Origin: Myxococcota bacterium
GTDB lineage: Bacteria; Myxococcota; Myxococcia; Myxococcales; Myxococcaceae
Direction: 5' to 3'
Length of the DNA stretch: 55,679 nt
NCBI GenBank assembly: GCA_049322255.1
Contig: JBMORE010000103.1
Location: 62,001-117,679, forward strand
Positions 48,801-55,679 of this stretch are shown here, in pieces. A program made the translations under genes and the position numbers. The notes beneath the pieces are model-generated. The model searched no databases. It worked only from the letters and a program-made list of their open reading frames with translations, and was not told where the DNA came from. Numbering within the stretch: the stretch's first letter is position 1; every line of letters begins with the position of its first letter.

Positions 48801-49213
48801 GCACGAAAGGTCAACGCCTGCTCGACGTGCTGTGGCGCGCCTACCGCGACCTAGAACGCTATCGGGACCAATATGACAGCGCTCGCTTCCTTTCGGACCA
48901 TGATGCCCAACGGATGGTGCTTCACGCCATGTACGAGGCCTCTCAGGCATCCATCGACCTGGGCGTTCACCTTCTTGTGCACCGTGGAGAGGAGGCTCCT
49001 TCGTCGTACCAGGAGGTCTTCACACGCCTGGAAAGCGCGGGGCTCATTTCACAGGACCTCGCACGGCGCATGAGAGGTTGGGCAGGCCTTCGGAACGTGC
49101 TCGCGCATTTCTATCCCGTCGTCGATATGACGCGAGTGGAGGCAGTCCTTCGAAACGAGCTCGTAGACCTGTCGGAGTACGCACGCGCCCTAACTGAGCC
49201 TGCCCGCTCTTAG
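48797..49213 (+). CDS. HepT/DUF86 HEPN RNase toxin, pair 3
   Basis: QASIDLG.H and GLRNVLAHFY (RX4HXY). GTG overlaps the MNT stop. Confidence 0.9.
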   Translation: MSTKGQRLLDVLWRAYRDLERYRDQYDSARFLSDHDAQRMVLHAMYEASQASIDLGVHLLVHRGEEAPSSYQEVFTRLESAGLISQDLARRMRGWAGLRNVLAHFYPVVDMTRVEAVLRNELVDLSEYARALTEPARS

Positions 49214-49252
49214 CGCGCTCGAGCTGCCGAGCAGCCCAGGCCGTTGACCTCT

Positions 49253-50554
49253 TCAATCTCGTTGGCGATCCAACTCGATTTCGGCTCCCACCAGCGGTGC
49301 TGACGGCGTGGGAACCGGCGCCTCGGCGGCATCGGCTTGATAGGCGCCGAAGATGCGCTGGTAGGCCGCGGCGACGAAGGGCTTGTCGGCGAAAATCACC
49401 AACGCCGAGGCGAGGGTGATGGAGAACAAGATGCACCCGAAGACCACCGCCTCGATGGTTCGGCCTTCGGCGATGCCCGCCTGACTGGGCACCGCGGCCA
49501 ACACCGCTGCCGCCAACCCCTTGGGTACCAGCGCCGCCGCCACCAGCGCGTCCCGCTTCGTCGTCGTCCTGGCCCGGAAGCTCACCCGCACCACCAGGGG
49601 ACGAATGGCGAAAAACGCGATCGTCGCCAGCCCTCCAAAGACGATCGGCTCGAAGCCCGACAGCCGCAGCGACGCGCCCAGGTAGACGAAGAAGAGGATT
49701 TTCAACAGAAACGCCGTTTCCCCCAGGAAGACCTTCTCTCCTTCGTACAGCCCCAGCTCGTGCGCCTTGTCGAAGCCTTTGGCGATTTTTGGTGCGTTGC
49801 CCACCACCACGCCGAAGGAGAGCACGGCGATGGCCCCGAAGGTGCCCAGCGCCTCGGCGATGGCGTAGACGATGAACACCGCTGCGCCGACCACCAGCAA
49901 GCTGGCCCGCTTCTGCCGAAGCGTGCGTAAGCCCACCGCCCAGCCCACGCCCAGGACGGCGCCGATGGCCAGCGCTCCCAAGAAACCTTTCACCAGGTCC
50001 AGCCCCACCTCGCCCCAAGCAACATTCCCCGCCGACAGCGCTCCGACCAGGGCGAGCGTGGCGACGATGCACAAGACATCGGAGAGCGCCGACTCGAGCG
50101 CCAGCGTGGTGCGCGTGTGCTGGGCAATCTTCAGCGTCTGCACCATCGGGATGACCACCGCCGAGGAGGTGCCTCCGAGGATGGCGCCCAGAAGGACGCT
50201 GGCCAAGGGCCTCATCTGAAACAGCACGGTGGCCAGCACCCCGATGACCGCGGTGGTGAGCACGAAGTTCACCGCGGTGATGGTGAGCGAGCTGCCTAGG
50301 GCGCTCTTCAGCTCATCGAGGCGCATGCGCACCGCCCCCTCGAAGAGGATGAGCACCAGCGCACAGGTGGTGAAGATGCGGTCGGCGCCGCGAAAGGCCT
50401 CGACGTCGAGCACTCCCGTGACCGAGGCGACAATACCCAGGGCGAGCAGGATGAGAACGTCGGGAATGCCGGTGCGGCGGAAGAGCTCCTCCAGCGCCAA
50501 GCCGACGAAAACCAACGCGGCGAGCACGGCGAGCACGGCGGTGGGGCTGTTCAC
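49253..50554 (-). CDS. Cation:proton antiporter (CPA1/NhaP-like)
   Basis: LILFEG, GAILGGTS, LESALSD, FFVYLG, RP, PKGLAA. Confidence 0.9.
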   Translation of the reverse strand: MNSPTAVLAVLAALVFVGLALEELFRRTGIPDVLILLALGIVASVTGVLDVEAFRGADRIFTTCALVLILFEGAVRMRLDELKSALGSSLTITAVNFVLTTAVIGVLATVLFQMRPLASVLLGAILGGTSSAVVIPMVQTLKIAQHTRTTLALESALSDVLCIVATLALVGALSAGNVAWGEVGLDLVKGFLGALAIGAVLGVGWAVGLRTLRQKRASLLVVGAAVFIVYAIAEALGTFGAIAVLSFGVVVGNAPKIAKGFDKAHELGLYEGEKVFLGETAFLLKILFFVYLGASLRLSGFEPIVFGGLATIAFFAIRPLVVRVSFRARTTTKRDALVAAALVPKGLAAAVLAAVPSQAGIAEGRTIEAVVFGCILFSITLASALVIFADKPFVAAAYQRIFGAYQADAAEAPVPTPSAPLVGAEIELDRQRD

Positions 50555-50569
50555 GTCGCGCTCCTCTCC

Positions 50570-51664
50570 TTACGGCCGAGTGACTTCGTCCCAGGTGCCC
50601 CGGTACTCCGCCGCCCGGGCAAGCTGTGCTTCGAGCGCAGCGATCATCTCCACGTTCCCGTCTTGCTCGTAACCCTCGAGCGCTTCCTCGCAGCGGGGAA
50701 CCTCGGCGAGGAAGCTCCGCAGCGCCTCGACGGTGAGCGTCTTCGCGTAGCGGCCGTAGCCGAGCTTCTCCAAGTAGAGCGCGTTGAGCACCTGCTCGAA
50801 CTGTCCCTCCACCGGCACCGCGAGCATCGGCTTGTGCAGGTAGACCGCCTCGCTCATCAAGGTGAAGCCGCCTCCCGCGAGCACCGCCCGTGCGGTGCGC
50901 AAGTCGTCGATGAAGCCCTGCTCGCTGAACGGCCGATAGGTGACGTTTCCTTCCACCACGTCCTCGGTGAGGTCGCGCCGATACCCGTACACCCGGCAGG
51001 GCAGCTGCGCGCGCTGAAGAATCTTCGGTAGCTCGGTGTTCGAGGTCGCCGTTTGGTACACGAGCAGGTGCTCGCCAGGCTCGCTTCGCGCGGCGAGGAT
51101 TTCCGGCCGCAAGATGGGCGGCAAGAGCGTGGTGCGCTCCTTGCGCAGCGGCGGCTCAAAGAAGGTGGTGACGAGATAGTGGAAGCACCCGGGGAGCTTG
51201 GTCTTGACGATCGCCCGCGTCATCTCGAACGCGTCCTCATGACCGGCGAGCAGCGCGGGCTCGTGCTTGCAGCGGTTGATGATCTGCATGTTGTCGACGC
51301 TGATCACCGGCAGGAAGTGGTTCTTCCCGTAGAGGTAGCTGAAGCTCTCGAAGTCGCTCACCACCACGTCGGGATGAAACTCGTCGGCGAGCTTTAGGTA
51401 CGTGCGCACGTTCTCCGGCCAGCCGGAGAGGGCGCCTTTGACGTTCTGCAACACCGTCTGCCATTTCTTCACCGCGTTGCCTTCGTACGCGATGGTCAGG
51501 CCCCAAATCTCGTGCACGTTGGCAAAACGCTGGGCGAGATAGGCCTGCGCGCGCCCGGAGACCACGATGTGCACCTCGTGGTGCTTCACCAGCTCTTCGA
51601 GCAACACCCGCGAGCGGGTGGCGTGCCCCATGCCTTCGCCGACAACTCCGTAGAGGATGCGCAT
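50570..51664 (-). CDS. MJ1255/VC2487-family (GT-B) glycosyltransferase
   Basis: MRILYGVVGEGMGHATRS, SDFE, GGFTLMSEA, QFEQ.LNA. Confidence 0.9.
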   Translation of the reverse strand: MRILYGVVGEGMGHATRSRVLLEELVKHHEVHIVVSGRAQAYLAQRFANVHEIWGLTIAYEGNAVKKWQTVLQNVKGALSGWPENVRTYLKLADEFHPDVVVSDFESFSYLYGKNHFLPVISVDNMQIINRCKHEPALLAGHEDAFEMTRAIVKTKLPGCFHYLVTTFFEPPLRKERTTLLPPILRPEILAARSEPGEHLLVYQTATSNTELPKILQRAQLPCRVYGYRRDLTEDVVEGNVTYRPFSEQGFIDDLRTARAVLAGGGFTLMSEAVYLHKPMLAVPVEGQFEQVLNALYLEKLGYGRYAKTLTVEALRSFLAEVPRCEEALEGYEQDGNVEMIAALEAQLARAAEYRGTWDEVTRP

Positions 51665-51676
51665 GTGAGAGCTCAC

Positions 51677-51710
51677 CCCTCACCCTAACCCTCTCCCAAA
51701 GAGAGAGGGG
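51677..51710. repeat. REP-like element
   Basis: CCCTCACCCTAACCCTCTCCCAAAGAGAGAGGGG has the same hairpin core as 34120-34140. Confidence 0.7.
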
Positions 51711-51738
51711 ATCGATCTTTGATATACGCCCGCGGCGA

Positions 51739-51999
51739 ATGAGCGTGGGGAAACAAGGTTCGCTGGAGCGCGCAGTACTGGGCGGGCTGGCAGTCGGCCT
51801 GCTCGCGGGAGCGTTTCTCCTCGCCTATCACGCGTTCACCTCGGGCGTGGACTGCACCGAGCTCACCTTCCAAGAGTGTGCCCTCGCCCAGGAGACCACC
51901 CGCTCGGTGGCACGGCTACAGGCCTTCGCAGGAACGGCGCTGGCGCTTTTGTCTGCGGCGTGCTTCCTCTACCTGCGCGCCAAGAGCAGGACGACATGA
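51739..51999 (+). CDS. Small two-TM membrane protein with a Cys pair
   Basis: Two hydrophobic segments flank DCTELTFQEC. The stop overlaps the ligase ATG. Confidence 0.7.
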   Translation: MSVGKQGSLERAVLGGLAVGLLAGAFLLAYHAFTSGVDCTELTFQECALAQETTRSVARLQAFAGTALALLSAACFLYLRAKSRTT

Positions 52000-53591
52000 C
52001 CTACGACCCTCACCACCTTCCCGAACAGCTCAACCTCGCCGAGGTTTTCCTCTATCGGCAGCTCCCCCAGTTTGGCGATGCGGTCGCGCTCCACTTCGAC
52101 GGCGGCGAAGTCACCTACCGCCAGATCGCCGAACAGACCGATCGCGCCACCGCCGTCTACAAGGGGCTGGGGCTCCAGCTCGAAGAGCGCGTGCTCCTCA
52201 TGCTCCCCGACGTGCCGCAGTTCGCCTCCGCATGGCTCGCCGCGGTGAAGGCCGGCGGGGTGGTGGCAGCGGTGAGCCCCGAGCAGAAAGCCGAGGAGGC
52301 CGCCTACTACTTGAGCTACACCCGCGCCCGACTCTTGGTGGCGCACGTCTCGGCGCTGCCAGTGCTGGAGCAGGTGCTTACCCGGTGCCCACACCTTCGC
52401 CACGTGCTGGTGGTGGGTGGCGAGCCGGGGCGTCACCTCTCCTACGAGCAAGAGTGCGCGCGCGCCACGCCGGACCCATCCTTCGCGCCCACCCACAAAG
52501 ATGACCCGGCGGTGTGGCTGTTCACCTCCGGCTCCACCGGCTTTCCCAAGGCGGCGGTGCACAAACAGCACGACTTTCTCTTCAACGCCCTCACCTACGG
52601 CCTGCCCGTCTTGGGCTACGGGCCCAAGGACGTATGCCTCTCGGTGCCCAAGCTCGCCTTCGGCTATGCGCTGGGGACCAACCTCCTCTTCCCCTTGCTC
52701 GCCGGCGCTTCGGCGGTGGTGTTCCCCGAGAAAAGCACTCCGGAGCGGCTGTTCGCGCTCATCGCCCAGTACCGCCCCACCCTCCTCACCAGCGTGCCCA
52801 CCTCCATCAACGCCATGGCCAGCCACCCCGATGCGGCCCAGGTCGATTTCTCCTCTTTGCGGGTGTGCATCAGCGCGGGCGAGGCGCTCCCCGCTGAGCT
52901 GTACCACCGCTGGAAGGCGCGCACCGGCGTGGAAATTCTCGACGGCATCGGCTCGGCGGAGATGTTTCACATCTTCATCACCAACCGCCTGGGCGAGGTG
53001 AAGCTGGGCTCGCTGGGGCGGGTGGTGGAGGGCTACGAGGCGAAGATTTGCGACGACGAGGGGCGCGAGGTGCCACGGGGCGAGGTGGGCACCCTGTGGA
53101 TCCGCGGAGACTCGATGGCGCTCGAGTACTGGCAGCAGCACGAGAAGAGCAAGCACACCTTCCGCGGCGACTGGTGTGTCTCGGCCGACAAGTTCCTGCA
53201 AGACGAGGCGGGTTACTTTTTCTTCTGCGGGCGCGGCGACGACATGCTCAAGGTGGGCGGCAAGTGGCTCTCCCCGCTGGAGGTGGAGAATTGTTTGCTT
53301 GCGCACCCGGCGGTGGCGGAGGCGGCGGTGGTTGGCTTCAAGGACACCGACGGCCTGGAAAAGCCCAAGGCCTTCGTGGTGCTAAGTCCCGGCCAGCAGG
53401 CGACCGAGGGGTTGGCGGAGGCGCTGAAGGCCCACGTGCGCACCGCGCTGGCCCCCTTCAAGGCCCCCCGCGTCGTGCACTTCGTCGACGCCCTTCCCAA
53501 GAGCGACCGCGGCAAGGTGCTCAAGGGCGCGCTGAGCCAGATCGTCCCGCCGGAGGCGGTCCATCGGCGTCCCCCTGGTGCGGGGGGCTGA
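51996..53591 (+). CDS. Benzoate/2-aminobenzoate-CoA ligase family protein
   Basis: WLFTSGSTGFPK, SAGEALP, DGIGSAEMFHIF, GRGDDMLKVGG.W.SP.EVE. Confidence 0.9.
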   Translation: MTYDPHHLPEQLNLAEVFLYRQLPQFGDAVALHFDGGEVTYRQIAEQTDRATAVYKGLGLQLEERVLLMLPDVPQFASAWLAAVKAGGVVAAVSPEQKAEEAAYYLSYTRARLLVAHVSALPVLEQVLTRCPHLRHVLVVGGEPGRHLSYEQECARATPDPSFAPTHKDDPAVWLFTSGSTGFPKAAVHKQHDFLFNALTYGLPVLGYGPKDVCLSVPKLAFGYALGTNLLFPLLAGASAVVFPEKSTPERLFALIAQYRPTLLTSVPTSINAMASHPDAAQVDFSSLRVCISAGEALPAELYHRWKARTGVEILDGIGSAEMFHIFITNRLGEVKLGSLGRVVEGYEAKICDDEGREVPRGEVGTLWIRGDSMALEYWQQHEKSKHTFRGDWCVSADKFLQDEAGYFFFCGRGDDMLKVGGKWLSPLEVENCLLAHPAVAEAAVVGFKDTDGLEKPKAFVVLSPGQQATEGLAEALKAHVRTALAPFKAPRVVHFVDALPKSDRGKVLKGALSQIVPPEAVHRRPPGAGG

Positions 53592-53598
53592 GGGCGTG

Positions 53599-54354
53599 AT
53601 GAAGCGAGGAGACGTCTTCGCGCGCGACCTGCCGTGGACGAAGGTCAAAGAGCTGGCCGAGGCCAACGCCGTGGCCTTGCTGCCGGTGGGCTCGACCGAA
53701 GCGCACGGCCCGCACCTACCGCTCACGGTAGACGTGCTCATCGCCGTCGAAGTCTGCCGCCGGGTCGCCCAGCGCCTGTCCGCCCGAGGAGAAGCCGCCC
53801 TCATCTTCCCCGCCCTCAACTACGGGGTGACCGACTTCGCTGCCACCTTCGCCGGCACGGTGAGCATTCCGGCTGACGTCACCCAGGCCTACCTCACTGC
53901 AGTGCTCCAAGGCATCGCCAGCCACGGTTTTCGGCGCATCGGGGTCATCAACCATCACCTCGAGCCGGAGCAATTCAAGGTGGTGCACGCCGCAGCCAAG
54001 GCGGCGGCCAGCGCCACCGGAGCGGGCATCGCCGTGCCCGACCATCGTAAAAAACCCATCGGCCCCAAGCTGGGCGCGGAGTTCACCCACGGCGGCAGCC
54101 ACGCCGGGCGCTATGAAACCTCGCTCATCCTCGCCGCCGCGCCGCACTTGGTGGATGAAGCCACGCGCACCGCCCTCCCCGAGTTGGCGGTCGATTTGCC
54201 CGCGCGCATCAAGGCGGGGGCGAAGACCTTTCATGAGGTGGGCGGCGAGCTCGCCTACCTGGGGGCTCCGGCGCAGGCCACCCGCGAGGAGGGCGAGCGG
54301 CTCTTCGAGCTACTCGCCGAGGCCAGCGAGGCCGCGGTGCTCGCGCTGCCCTGA
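53599..54354 (+). CDS. Creatininase-family amidohydrolase
   Basis: LPVGSTEAHGPHLP..D, F.GT, N.H, HAG..ETS, A..E.G. Confidence 0.92.
   Translation: MKRGDVFARDLPWTKVKELAEANAVALLPVGSTEAHGPHLPLTVDVLIAVEVCRRVAQRLSARGEAALIFPALNYGVTDFAATFAGTVSIPADVTQAYLTAVLQGIASHGFRRIGVINHHLEPEQFKVVHAAAKAAASATGAGIAVPDHRKKPIGPKLGAEFTHGGSHAGRYETSLILAAAPHLVDEATRTALPELAVDLPARIKAGAKTFHEVGGELAYLGAPAQATREEGERLFELLAEASEAAVLALP
54313..54344 (+). repeat. Left copy of a 32-bp direct repeat (3' end of the creatininase gene)
   Basis: CTCGCCGAGGCCAGCGAGGCCGCGGTGCTCGC is 31/32 identical to 55648-55679. Confidence 0.92.
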
Positions 54355-54378
54355 CGGTGGACCACCAGCGGGGTCGAC

Positions 54379-54420
54379 ATTACTCAGTGGAGTGAGTAAT
54401 TATGCTCAGTGGCCCGAGCA
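54379..54420. promoter_or_regulatory. Two tandem palindromes upstream of ATPase copy 2
   Basis: ATTACTCA-GTGGAG-TGAGTAAT (54379-54400) and TGCTC-AGTGGCCC-GAGCA (54403-54420). CTCAGTGG recurs with a 22-bp period. Confidence 0.75.
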
Positions 54421-54435
54421 AGTGTCGCGCTGCCC

Positions 54436-55617
54436 ATGAAGACCATCGAACGAACCTTGGTATCGGAGCTGCTCAAGCGGCTGCGCGGCCCTCCGCAGCC
54501 GTTGCAGATCGTCCTCGGACCCAGGCAGGTCGGCAAGACGACCGCACTCGAGCACGTGCTCGCCCATTGGGAAGGCCCCAAACACTACGCCTCGGCGGAC
54601 CTGCCTGCTCCACCCGATGCTGCATGGATTCAGAGCCAGTGGCAGGTGGCCAGGCTCCTCGCCGGCCAACAACGCCAACGCACGCTCTTGGTGCTCGATG
54701 AAGTGCAGAAAGTTCCGCGCTGGTCAGAGGTGGTCAAGGCGCTCTACGACGAGGAGAGGCGAAGCAAGTCGCTGATTCGGGTCGTGCTCCTCGGTTCGTC
54801 CTCCCTCCACGTCGAGCGCGGCGCGGAGGAGAGCCTCGCCGGCCGATTCGAGCTGCTCTTTTGCCCGCATTGGACCTGGCCCGAATGCCGCGAGGCCTTC
54901 GGGTGGTCTCTCGACCAGTGGCTGTTCTGGGGAGGCTATCCGGGTGCGGCGCCCTTGGTGCGAGACCAGGCTCGATGGCGCCGGTTCATCTCCGATTCCC
55001 TCATCGAGTCGGTGCTGTCGCGCGACGTCCTCCAGCTCACGCCGGTGCTCAAGCCGGCGCTCTTGCGTCAGCTCTTCATGCTCGCGATGCGCGCACCCGG
55101 GCACGTCCTGTCCTACAACAAGATGCTCGGTCAGCTGACCGACGCGGGGAACACCGTCACCCTCGCGCATTACCTGAACCTGCTGTCGTCCGCCTTCCTG
55201 GTCTCGGGCTTGAACCTATGGCGCGGCGGCGTGGTGCGGCAGCGCGCCTCCAGCCCCAAGCTCATCGTGTGGAACAACGCTCTCATCACCTCGCTCTCAG
55301 GGCTGTCGATGGTACAGGCGCGACGGCAGAAGGAGCTCTGGGGAAGACTGGTGGAGAACGCGGTAGGGGCCCACCTGCTCAACAACGGGTTTGCCACCTC
55401 GACGTTCTACTGGCAGCAGTCCCACGCCGAGGTCGATTTCATCATCGAGCGTGGACGCCAGACCCTCGCCCTGGAGGTCAAGAGCGGAAAAAAGAGTGAG
55501 TCGAAGGGGCTCGCCACGTTTCGCCGTCGTCACCCCGACGTTCGTACCTTGGTGCTGGGAGCAGGCGGGGTGCCCCTGGAGCAATTCTTTGCAACGGATC
55601 CGCAGAAGTGGTTGTGA
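54436..55617 (+). CDS. AAA_14-type ATPase + wHTH + DUF4143/PD-(D/E)XK nuclease-like protein (copy 2)
   Basis: GPRQVGKTT, LVLDEVQK, LGSS, ESLAGRF, GGYP, SPK, EN.V, EVDFII...LEVKSG. Confidence 0.93.
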   Translation: MKTIERTLVSELLKRLRGPPQPLQIVLGPRQVGKTTALEHVLAHWEGPKHYASADLPAPPDAAWIQSQWQVARLLAGQQRQRTLLVLDEVQKVPRWSEVVKALYDEERRSKSLIRVVLLGSSSLHVERGAEESLAGRFELLFCPHWTWPECREAFGWSLDQWLFWGGYPGAAPLVRDQARWRRFISDSLIESVLSRDVLQLTPVLKPALLRQLFMLAMRAPGHVLSYNKMLGQLTDAGNTVTLAHYLNLLSSAFLVSGLNLWRGGVVRQRASSPKLIVWNNALITSLSGLSMVQARRQKELWGRLVENAVGAHLLNNGFATSTFYWQQSHAEVDFIIERGRQTLALEVKSGKKSESKGLATFRRRHPDVRTLVLGAGGVPLEQFFATDPQKWL

Positions 55618-55647
55618 CGACAGGGCTGGCTCTAAGAACCTTCACGC

Positions 55648-55679
55648 CTCGCCGAGGCCAGTGAGGCCGCGGTGCTCGC
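55648..55679 (+). repeat. Right copy of the direct repeat (runs off the window end)
   Basis: CTCGCCGAGGCCAGTGAGGCCGCGGTGCTCGC. Confidence 0.92.

Overview
High-GC chromosomal segment of a myxobacterium (Myxococcota, most likely Myxococcaceae/Archangiaceae-like). The assignment rests on a RecA1-type recA, a DUF1592/DUF1552 pair, a receiver/J-like fusion protein and CCCTCTCCC..GGGAGAGGG palindromes. Housekeeping backbone: recA, cinA, pssA, HU, def, priA, galU, an RluA-family gene, MepA-LysM and M23 peptidases, and beta-barrel and glycosyltransferase genes. The right third holds an aromatic acyl-CoA catabolic gene set resembling the 2-aminobenzoyl-CoA (abm) cluster plus glutaryl-CoA dehydrogenase. 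Six small conflict-type cassettes are interleaved with these genes: three MNT-HEPN pairs, one RHH-RelE/ParE pair and two AAA_14/DUF4143 ATPase-nuclease genes. No integrase or transposase is recognisable in the window. The most interesting signal is that both ATPase-nuclease genes have two tandem palindromes at their promoters, and the second gene is bracketed by a 32-bp (31/32 identical) duplication of the 3' end of the upstream gene, like an integrase-less att-type insertion. Also seen: sigma54-type promoters upstream of recA, the DUF1592 operon and a His/Cys lipoprotein; a cluster of six GTTGAC motifs; a GATC/palindrome-rich HU promoter region; and several decayed genes. No rRNA, tRNA or CRISPR array was recognised. 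All family calls come from motif recognition by eye, not from database searches.
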